Below the pieces are notes generated by a model, which searched no databases, was not told the DNA's origin, and saw nothing but the letters and a program-made list of their open reading frames with translations. A program made the translations under genes and the position numbers. From Octopus vulgaris (taxonomy: Eukaryota), in NCBI GenBank assembly GCA_951406725.2, contig OX597824.1, positions 68,324,001 through 68,388,000 on the forward strand: DNA of 64,000 nt, in the 5' to 3' direction. Below are positions 39,764 through 51,219 of the stretch, piece after piece. The stretch's first letter is position 1; each line of letters starts with the position of its first letter.

Positions 39764-42700
39764 TGTCTCAGCTAACAGCATGAATCCACACCACCACTAC
39801 CACCACCACCACCACCACCACCACCACCACTACCACCATCACTGCTGCCACCACTACCACCACAATATTTGCTACTGCTGCTGCTACTGCTGACACTACC
39901 ACCACTACTACTACTTTTGTAATTACGTAAATGCTTTGCTCCACCCCCTAAAAATAATTGGTGAGAACCTGTAACTGCTTCCCCACCATCTTGATTACTA
40001 CTACTGCCCAAAGATGTTAGACCAGGTTTCATGAATGCCTCAATAAATAATATGGACCTATACTGCTGCTGCTGCTACTACTACTACCACTGTTACTACT
40101 ACTACTACAAGATATTAGCCAAGATGACAAGAATGCTTCACTAAAAGACATGAAACACACCACGCTACATGAGTTCACCAACTTCAGCACCACCCTCACC
40201 ACCACAACTACTGCCAGCACTATCACTACTACTACTAGACACCATTATTACAACCATCATACTTAGCTTAGTTTCAAATCTCTGTGATCTTCTCCATTCA
40301 TAACCTCCTCCATCACCTCTTGAGCTGATAAGAGAAATTTTATATAGTCGCTTGAGCTGCTAGAAACGGCAACCAAATTCCCTGCACTAGTACACTGCTG
40401 TCTTAGCAGAGGATAGAATACCCTGGATAGTGTAATCTTAGATGTACAAAAAGAGACTGGATGGTCACATATGGAATGCATTCTATTGAAGTTCTTCTCA
40501 GGAGCTGACATGGGAGTAACCATCACCACCAACACTTGTGTTACCATTTAGTTTGTTGCAATGGTCAGTTTCGATACCCAACTTTACTACCCTAATGTCA
40601 GGGTAACTTTGCCAATAAGGGGTAAGGACAGCTTGATCAGCAGAAATAGTGGTTAAATCTTCCTCAAATCACACTCTTCTTTCAAATGGAGGGATACACT
40701 GGATAGTGTAGTTCAAGCTACACCATGCCAGAATAAAAGGTCAGGTGATGGTCTTTTACCTTTGACCATTAGTCTACTTGGTCAGAATTTAACGCCAATT
40801 TTCTTGTGTGATTAGTTAACTTACTTTAGTAAACAGACAAATTACATCCTTCATAATGGATAATGAACTGCTAGGCGCACTGCATCTGAAAAGTTGGGAT
40901 GGTCATGGTTGGAATGCCATTCTCCTTAGGTTTGTTTGTTTAGAGCACTGCATAGGTTTTGGCTAGCCTGTTCCATAGTCAAATTGGCTGTCTCTTTCCC
41001 TAACCATTTAGCATTCAAATCATTCTGTCATATGTAATGCTTATTTACTCATGTTGTTTTGAATTAACCATTTGTTATCTCATAGCTCTGAGCTCTTGAT
41101 GATGTGATTGGTTATTTTTAGAGTGACATTATAGGGTAGCTGTGAGAGGTTGAATCTGGCCAATTTAAAAGCAAAACAAATAAAATATCTGAGCTGGATA
41201 TAACTAGTTGAAATGCCAAAGGATTAAATATAATGTATCTTCACCATATTTTTGCCTCATCCAATCACCAAATTGTTCACTGTGTAATTCTGTACGACCC
41301 TCGTTTCCTGCATGCTCACACTTCTATATTGATTGATCTTGGAGGCTAAACAAGAACATCAATAGTGACTAAGACAGATACATTGCATCTGGGAAAAAGA
41401 GGTGAGACGGTTATGGTTGGACTATATTTGAATGTACATCAACTTGATTAGGGCTGACCTGGGGCTAAACATCATCATCATCAACAACAACATATGCTGT
41501 AACAGTTATAACATATAGATGAAACCCTTGAAAATAATTGTTGCATTGAGGTGGAGATGAGAAGGTGGTGAGTCCTGGTCTCAGGGCAATGGCATGTAAT
41601 GAAAGGCTGGGAAGAGTCTGTCTGCAGTTTGGTAATCCTACCCAACCCATGGCTATATGGTAGTATAAGACAACTGGCATACAAAGCTCTATGTTGGCCT
41701 GCTGGAAATAACGATTGAAAATCTCCCTGTCAAATCTCCTTCACATTAATGTCTTAGCTAACAGCTTATACCTTCACCACCACTGCTGTCAACGTAGCAC
41801 CACCACCACCCTAAACAAAAGATGGGCTGGTCATGGTTAAGAATGCCATTGATCATGGGTTTGCTTGATCAGAGCTGGCTTGAGGTTAAACAGGAAGAGC
41901 AATAGAAATGATAAAACCTTTTTGATGATGATGACGATGATAACGATCCTTTGTACTTGCATATTCTCAGTTTACTTATTTGTCTGATCACTCAAAACTG
42001 GAGACAAAAACAAAATAAAACAGAGAAACAAACAGAGTACAAGATTGATACCAGCTGAGAGACACCTGGTTCAAATCCAGTTGTGGAGCAGTACACATAA
42101 TTTTTACATGTCCCTCGATTCGCTTTGCTTTTACAAGTAATACAAGAGGGTAACCTACACCTAAACATCTGAGAATGTCATCTGAAGGTAACAAGCAGTC
42201 TATACCAGATGAAACATTATCTCTTCATCCCTTCATTCAATTTGTCTTACCTATCAGGGCTTAGCCCCTTTCGCAGAGTGGGGCACCCATTTCTTTTCTC
42301 CCCTGGTCCCTCAGTGTCTACAGTAGCAGCTTCATTTTTATGCACAGCATTATATGATCCCATGCATGATGTATTACGGTGGTTATTTTGTTTTCAACTT
42401 TAAACATTGTTTGATTTATTTATTTTTCTTTTGTTTGCTTTTGAATTGAATTTGTTTATGTTATGTTATTTCCTTTTATTTATTAATTAATTTTGTTTTG
42501 GTTTTTCTTGTTAATTTTGTTTTTTGTTTCATCCACAAAGACAAACATGTTCACTAATGTTTTATAATATAATATAAAACATTATATAAAACAATGAGTA
42601 TTGTGGCCAAACTATTTTTACGTATGTATAAAATGTATGTGTGTGTGTATAGCCAAGATAAGCAGTTGGCAGAAATGAAAGAGTTTCAGTGTAAGAATTT

Positions 42701-45700
42701 TAATTTTTACACCTCCTAGCATTTCATTTCTCCTTCCTATATTCTGAGTTCAATTACCACTGGTGTTGACATTTTTTTTTTTATCTTCTCTGGGGTCAGT
42801 TAAATAAACAACAGTAAATTATTACTATGTTCCATGATATTAATAAATTTATTAACCATACTACCTCTTCCTCACTGGTATTGTGATTGCCGCAAGCCCA
42901 AAGAAGCCAGTGTTGAGTTGCACTACATAAGCACAGGGTTGTCTTCATGGTTTATTGGATGTAGAGTCTTATTCATCTTATAAAGAACAAAATAACAGTA
43001 ATGTAGCCTTAGATCAAAACTGTTACATCTGTACCCATCACATCTTTTTTCTATTTTTCTTTCTCTTTTCTTTTTTTTAAGATTGCAAGTTGTGATCTCA
43101 AGGAGAGTCGGGGGCTATTTTTAGAGATATAGACCCTCATGTAGCAGGAATGTATTCATATTCTCCATAGTAACCAGTGGAGTAGCATATACAAATAGAT
43201 TTAGAATGTATAAGAAATTTGACTCGCTTGTGTTCTGATGGGATGGTTATTTTCTTTAGCCCATTGATTTGAATAATTCTTCACCAGTTGAGACCCCCTT
43301 CAGTCGTGACTGACCATGGGATTGCACCGAGAAAGTTACCCTCGCAGGCACAAGTCCAGGCAAGGTTGTTTATGGAAGACCAGCAGTCGCCCATGCATAC
43401 CGGCCTCCCCTCTCCACACCACCAGTGTTATCCAAGGGAAAGGCAAAGGCCGATACAGCTTGGCACCTGTGATGTTGCAACTCATTTCTACAGCTGAGTG
43501 AACTAGATCAACGTGAAATAAAGTGTCTTGCTCAAGAACACAATACGCCGCCCCGGTCCGGGATTGGATCTCATAACCTCCCAATCATAAACTCGATGCT
43601 CTAACCACTGAGCCATACACCTTCACAGTAACACGAACATAACATTTTGTAGACAGACACCATTGCATTGCATTGCATGTATATGTATTTATTTCTGCAT
43701 GAAGTTTGTTTTGCATGAGAATTTATCTGAGCATGTTTTGTCATCCTTTCCTGAAGTTAATGCTTTTGACAAGAAGAGAAGATGGGTAACTGGTGAGGGT
43801 GTGCTTGGGATTTAGAGCTTCACTGTAAATTCATTTCCCATACTGGCACAGGTTTAACAGGTGAGCAGGATTTGAGTTAAACCTAATTGGAGTTACTCTC
43901 ATCCTAAATGATTGGAGACCTCATCTCGCTCAGAGATGAGACTCTGCCAGAAAATTATAACTCTGATTATCTATGACAGTGTTGGTTTGGTTACATTCCT
44001 GTGAACTTAAATCTTCCAACCCATGACAGCATGGAAAACAGACAATAAATAGTGATGATGATGTCACCAGTCACATGTTTAATTGCATGCAAAGTTGTCA
44101 GCTCCTCACAGTTAAATATTCTTGAAAATTGATTAGGTTTGACTTGATTATACAACACAACTTGAGATTATCAGCAACATACTTAAAGATTATCAGTGAT
44201 ACAGCTAAAGATTATCTATGACTGACTCAAGTGACATGACAGAGTTTGGAAATCTCTGATCTAGATTATCAAAATAGTAAAATAATAGAGTAGTCTAAAG
44301 TGTGGCTGTATGGTTAATAGATTGCTTCCCAACCACATGCTTTCAGGTTCAGTTCCACTAAGTGGACCTTGGACAAGTATCTTCTACTATGGCCTCTAGC
44401 CATCCAAATCCTTGTGAGTGACTTGGATAAATAGAAACTGAAAGAAGCCTGTCATTGTGTGTGTGGGGGGGGGTCTCCTTGTCTTGACATCATTTGATGG
44501 TAATAAGTAAGCTTCACCATCATACAACAGTATCATTTGTTTCAAGTCTTCTTTGTAAAGACGTCTGGCCATGGGGAAATGTTACCCGCTCAGAAACAGC
44601 TGAAGGTTGGCAACAGAGAGGGCATTCCACCTGATACATGCAAGCACGGCAAAATGGACAATAAGATGATGATGGTGATGAGCAAATTGAGCAGATTGTG
44701 ATTGTTCTTAGAGTTAGTGACAAACACCCTGATCCTAAAACCCAACTTAACAAGGAAGAATAGGGTAATGGAAGGGTAGTGATGTTTATGCTTTTCCCAG
44801 AGGGTACCTGCAAAATCCAATGGTGTGAAATAGCTATTCTACAACATATGAGAATATGTCTTTGTATAACCATCACCTCCTACTCAATGTACAACATTCG
44901 AAATATTGTGTGAGACAAACACTGATTCAGGGTAGATTTAATTTGATTTATCTGCTGTAGCAGTAGCTACTTGGGTGGAGTGTGTGTGTGCATGTATGTG
45001 CGTGTTGGGGTGTGGGATACTTGGTTATTGTTTCTATTGTCTTTGTACCTGCCGGGTCAGGTGTGTTAGTTGGTCAAAGGGCTAGGGGTAGTCCATATAC
45101 CTATGACTCTGCACATAGACCTATGATTCTGCGGGCCTGGAAACCACATGTCATATTCCTAATTGTAGGGGTAGTTGTATGGGGTGTAGTGTGGCTGGTT
45201 GGGCCTGTATTCTCCACACGCACACTGACTGCCATATCTAGTCTTGTGACAGTAGCTATTACTATTTCTTCTTCTTCTTCTTCTTCTCCTCATCCTCCTC
45301 ATCCTCATCCTCCTTCTTCCCTCTATCTGCCTCATCTCCCACCCACCCTCTACTGCCTCATTTCTCTCTTTTTCTCCATCTTTCCTCCTCCTCCCATGTG
45401 CTCTCTCTCTTCCTTTCTGCCTCCTAACTTCTTCCTCTCCATTGTGACAAATTAACTCTCCTGCCCAGGAACATGATGGCTCCCTTTTGTTGGCTTTCTC
45501 ACAGCTTCTCTCTCACACTTCACTCACAAGCCAAGTTTTTTTTAAGAAAAAATTTATGTGGTATTTGACTGGAATTTTTTCTCCTCTTCCTGGGTGGGTA
45601 ATATGGCCATAGTTTTTCCATACCTGCCATCTCTGAAAAGCACATGGTATTAGATAACCTTTCAGTTCTCCAATATTTGTATGCGAAACTGATTTGGTAA

Positions 45701-45780
45701 GACTGGCTGCAACAGATACACAACACTGTATTCTTTGGTTAATATACATACAGGCACACACACACACACACACACACATT

Positions 45781-45898
45781 AAACAAGAATGTTGTTGAAA
45801 GTGACTTTGAACTTTCAGCCAATTAAGCCATTGTCAGACTGCCAACGATGGCTTAACTACCCAAATTTTCGAAGTCACTGTCAACAACATTCTTGTTT
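45781..45898. repeat. 118-bp palindromic element with decayed hammerhead-like motifs
   Basis: Arms aaacaagaatgttgttgaaagtgactttgaa and ttcgaagtcactgtcaacaacattcttgttt (2 mismatches), plus inner ttaagccat/atggcttaa. Confidence 0.8.
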
Positions 45899-46973
45899 GA
45901 GTATAATGTATACTCTACAAAAGTATAGAGTAACCCCTTAAAGTAATGTAAAATTGTATTTATTATAACTGAACATAAAAATAATTGTTAGCACATACAT
46001 ACATATATACATATGTGTGTGTATGTATCACCAGTTCTTATTTCATCACTGCCCCTGGGTTGATGAAAGACAGTGTCAACATCAATAGGATTTGAACTCA
46101 GAACATTTAAGTGGATGTAAATTAGTCTAAGGATAATTTTTGTACTGTTTTCTACCAATTTTGTTCCAGGCATTTTTTAAACTGATTTTATTTTATATAT
46201 ATTTATACTTTTTGACAAGGTACAAGATCATATTCGTTTCTTATTCTATTTAATTTGTTAATTTGAATGGAGAGACATAATTAATTAAAAAAAACTAATT
46301 GTGTAACAACTTTAACCTCTAAACCATCCTACAGAGAAGTGTGCCATAATAAGGTAATGAGTGACATAATGAGATAATGAGGCTACTTCTACATGGTCAC
46401 TCAATTTGTTAGAAATAGCAGCCAAATTGTGGTTGGCATATTTTTTAAGAAACATAAAGCTTATATGTTTCTGCTATTTTTGAAAATAATCTAAGAATTT
46501 GGAGGAATTTAGTAAAATAATTAAATTTTCTATTAAGCCAATGTTTGGATTTTGAGATTAAAACTGGAGATTTTAATAGAAATTTGAATGTTTTAGAGTG
46601 GGTGGTTTTGTAGCTTAGAACGAGATGTCCTTCTTTTGGGTGGGTTGGAATCAAAAGGTTTGTGTACCTGACTCTTTGTGATAATTAAAAATGATAAAAA
46701 GAAAAGAGGAACATTAGATTAATTTAGAGGTAAGCTATTTCGAAAGATGGGATGGTCATGGCCAAAATATCTTTGATGAAGGTTGAACTGATGCTAAACA
46801 ACAATATGATGATTACAACAAGCACCACCAAAAGAACAAGAACAATGACATCTGTGGAAGATATTTCAATGTTTGATATGATTTGCTCAGCCCAGTCTTC
46901 CTCCTCTTCCCTTGGTCCCACTGACCCACCCACCCTGACCACTCCAACTTGGTTTGACGTTGATATTTTTTTT

Positions 46974-47062
46974 TGCCGATCTACAAGCTGTGAGTATTAC
47001 ATCAGGTACTGATTCTTTTGTTGGTTTAGTACATTTTGTAATGCTTGCAGTGTGTATCGGCA
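46974..47062 (+). ncRNA. mir-12: pre-miR-12
   Basis: TGAGTATTACATCAGGTACTGA (46991-47012) is the protostome miR-12 mature sequence. Star arm AGTACATTTTGTAATGCTTGCA (47028-47049); basal stem tgccgat/atcggca. Confidence 0.96.
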
Positions 47063-49424
47063 TATCAGACTGCAACATTAGAAGTATTGGTAACAGTTTT
47101 GGAAAGTACCGTGATCATCCCGCTACCAAAAAATATAAATGTTTAAAAGGAAATTGCACTCACATTCATAACCCTTTATCTCTCTTTCTCTCTCTTTCAT
47201 TCTTTCTTTCCTTCCTTCTTTCTTTCTTTCTTTCTTTCTTTCAAGCAGACCCTCTAAAAAAGCAAAACAGAAAAGAGAGGGCTTTGCCCCTTTCTCCTTC
47301 CACCTGATTTTTTAATGAAGTTTTATGGCAGTGTCAGTAAGCAGGGTTTTTTTCTTGATTTGCCATGTCATTATCAACCCGTTGTAAATCAGGGCCTGCT
47401 TAGACCCAAACAACACGCACCTGCTTTTGGTCTGTTTATGACCTAACTGTGGCTTTGTGGTGACATCACATCACTGTTACACTGCCCTATCAAATGGTTT
47501 TTGTGACTTGGTATTCCTTAGTTCTGACAATGTGACTAACATATTTCACATCAAAGAAAGAAGTAAACAAAATGAAAGAAGAAATTTATTATGAATGATG
47601 AGGATAATTATTATTTTTTTTACTGCCCAAAAGGGTGATGGGATGAGGGCAGTTACATGGACAGATTATAAAAAGTTGAGCAGAGGTACACAGATACTGA
47701 GTGGATAAAGAAAGAGAAGTGATGATATTCACTGTATGATAGAAAGCCCAGATGAAAGGGTAGCTGCAGCCAGCTGTATTCTCTGGCCTTCAAGTGATTG
47801 CTGAGAGTTGGCCCCTTCACACAGTCTATTTTTGCCACTCTCCTTTACATCATCATCAACATCATCAGCATCATCTCATCATCATCATCATCATCATTAT
47901 CATCTATGTTCCATGTTGGCATGGGTTGGACACTTCCTAGGAAATTTACTGGAGAGTAACGCCTCCCTTTTTACCCTTGCACTCCTTTCTGAGTGAAATT
48001 TGAAAATATGGATGAAGCCCTTGACCTAACAGAAAAGTGTTTATTTTCAGTCCTTTTAATATTGCTCACCATACAATCTCTTTTATTGTGGCCACAAGAT
48101 GACACAGAACTACTGGCCCTTCACCAAACAAAGGCAGTAGAGCTATCCTGACAATAAATTCAGCATATATTTGTTAGCATACTACATGTGACAGCAGCCA
48201 TTTGACATTGCTCTAACTTTACAAGTCAGCAATGCTCAGTGTGAGCACATCAAGAATGGTTTCGTTGCTCTGTGTGATATTGTAGACACTTGGCTATTAA
48301 CACTGCTGTGTGCATAAAATTTTATCACAAACCAGCAATGAGTTTTCTTCCTTCTCTGATAGCACTACTGAGCCAGAAATTTCTGAAGGTTTTCCTTGGA
48401 CGGAGTAACCAGAGCTGGCACGCTAGGGGAGCTGCACCACACTCCAGTTTGATTTAGCATGGTTTCTACAGCTGGATGCCCTTTCTAATGCCAACCACTT
48501 TACAGGGTGTTCTGGGTGCTTTTACGTGGCACCATATGAGCACTTTTACATGGTACTACACGAGTACTTTCATGTGGTATGGGTGCTTTTACATGGCCCC
48601 ACACAGATGCTTTTATGTGATTCAGCACAAGTGCTTTTACATGTTTCTGCATGGGCACTTTTATGCGGCACTGCATGTGCACTTTTAAATGGCATCACCA
48701 TGAATGCATTACACCTTCAGAAGGATCAGCCTTAACTCTTCTGCTGCAGGGTGTGGGTCTTCTTGAGTACATCTAGGCACCGGGTATCTTGGTCCTTTGT
48801 CATCTCACCTAAAAGGCTCAGTATCCTGAGGTCTTGTTCTTCTGTACTTCATCATCCAGTGATAGAGGATTGTGAACTCCTGGCAATGTTGTTGATGCCA
48901 GCTTTCCACCACGACTATACTGAATGATGTTTCTACAAAGACATATAGTCTAAGGTTGACCTGGAAGCAAAGTGTCTAACTGTTTATCTATGTGCTTGTG
49001 TGTAATAATAATGGGCTTATTATTAACGCCTGTTCATTTGAAAGTGAGTCTATGTAGACCTTCATATATAATGCCTATATACGTATATACTGGTCTTTGT
49101 CAACTTATGACTACAGTTGGTTCTGACTGATTGGTTGTAAGTTGGCCTATAGGCCTACATAGCTTTGTTTTATATTTTTATATTCTTAAGGTACATTCTC
49201 AGGTAAAAGTCACACACAGCATTCTGTATTATACTATTATACTGGCATTGGTCAAAAATTTCGGAGTTTTAAGCAGCTGTCTTATAAACAAATACGAGGT
49301 TGCCTCGATGGCTCTTTGACAGGGTAGTCATCCTACGCAGTTGCAATTGGTAACCAAACCTAGGAGAAGCATTTGTTAGCTGACATCATCCATAGACAGG
49401 TTAATTTCTCAGAAATTAAATCCA

Positions 49425-49461
49425 TTATATATGTACATATGCATATATGTATATATATATA

Positions 49462-49509
<48 letters not shown>

Positions 49510-49655
49510 TATATATATATATGTATATATATATATGCATTTATATGCATATATATATATATATGCATGTATGTATATATATGCATATATGTATGTATAT
49601 ATATGCATATATGTATGTATATATATGCATATATGTATGTATATATATATATATG

Positions 49656-49701
<46 letters not shown>

Positions 49702-50018
49702 TATATATATAATATATGCATATATATATATGTGTGTGTGTGGGAGGCGCAATGGCCAAGTGGTTAGGGCAGCGGACTCGCGGTTTTAGGATCGCAGTTT
49801 TGATTCCTAGACCGGGCGTTGTGATTGTTTATCGAGCCAAAACACCTAAAGCTCCACGAGGCTCCAGCTCTACTCTTTCGCCACAACTTTCTCTCACTCT
49901 GTCTTCTGTTGGCCTGCTCACTTAGCCTGCGCGGTGGCGTCATCAGAAGACTAAAACAATGCAAAGCACATTGTGACCAACGATGTGTAGCAACATCTGA
50001 AAGCCTGGTCGGTCACGG

Positions 50019-50101
<83 letters not shown>

Positions 50102-50373
50102 CATATATATATATGTACATATGTATATATATGTATATATGCATATATGTATGTATATATGCATATGTATATATGTACATACATATACATATGTATATAC
50201 CTATATATATATATATATATATATATACATACATGTACACACACACACGCATGTGAGTGTGTGTGTATATATATATATGTATATATATATGTACATATAT
50301 ATATATATATATAAATGTGTGTGTATATATATATGTATATATATGTACATATATACATATGCATGTATATATG

Positions 50374-50431
<58 letters not shown>

Positions 50432-50441
50432 TGTATATATA
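49425..50441. repeat. Compound (TA)n/(TATG)n microsatellite flanking a SINE
   Basis: Direct reading of the sequence. Confidence 0.95.
49743..50020 (+). mobile_element. SINE family C inserted in a TA microsatellite
   Basis: ggaggcgcaatggccaagtggttagggcagcggactcgcgg head, the same as the 25679-26064 copy. Related copies at 43288-43625(-), 58705-59025 and 61050-61360. Confidence 0.8.
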
Positions 50442-50839
50442 TTTAATCAGCAAAGTTACAAAATGACTTGAGGTCTGAGAATTTTGTGCTCAAAACTCAA
50501 CCTTTGTGTCACTTTGTAACTTCTGCTGATTAAAAATGTAAAATATATATATACTTGTTTCTTGAGTTCTATTTACACTGTTTGTATTACCAGAGCTGTA
50601 TTAGTTATGCATATATGTGTGTGTATATTTTTGGATTTGCTTTGCTAGCATATATTTGTGCATAAATACTTGTGTATTTACTTGCTTAAGTTTGCCTGCT
50701 TTGATTTCTTTGCTTATCTTCCTGCTTCTATAGATAGATAGATCTGTTCAGATCTGCATGTTAATATATCTTAACTTGCTTTGATATATATAGAGCTGCT
50801 TAGTCTTGTCTTTATTTATGGATCCCTTACATTAATGTT

Positions 50840-51010
50840 TTGCCACGGCTCTCGACAAGAGAAGCAGGGTGCTGCAAAGGTGCCATCACGGTGGCGGAAG
50901 TGCGGGACGCAATGGCAGAATACTCGAGGCACAAATCGCTGGGTTTGGATGGTCTGCCCTACGAGCTTTACAGTTGTATGCCAGATTTGTTTGAAGATGT
51001 CTTGGCAGCA
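50840..51010 (+). mobile_element. L1/Tx1-clade LINE ORF2 fragment
   Basis: GC-rich island encoding PRLSTREAGCCKGAITVAEVRDAMAEYSRHKSLGLDGLPYELY, which carries the KSPGxDGLPxEFY motif that precedes the RT domain. Confidence 0.8.
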
Positions 51011-51162
51011 ACAGAAGTCTGTCGTGATTTATTTCCCTTCACAACACCATCCACACTTCCTGTGAAATGAGACAATTGGGCACAGCTGTTTGGCATAGCT
51101 CAGTGGATATTGCACCTGTTTTGGTGACAGTATTTTTTAGCACTGGAAGCAAGTGCACACAC

Positions 51163-51219
<57 letters not shown>

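Noticed and set aside
41988-42194. Minus-strand 68-aa ORF with an apparent acceptor at 42182
   Set aside because: Isolated, with no partner exons or recognisable homology.
46887-47307. ORFs on both strands overlapping 46.9-47.3 kb as a nested gene
   Set aside because: No recognisable domain, and the best minus-strand acceptor leads to stops in all frames. The complexity of the region is explained by pre-miR-12.
47326-47348. miR-34-like 5' sequence TGGCAGTGTC as a miR-34 gene
   Set aside because: Its complement is 150 nt away and pairs only ~12 nt, so there is no canonical pre-miRNA hairpin.
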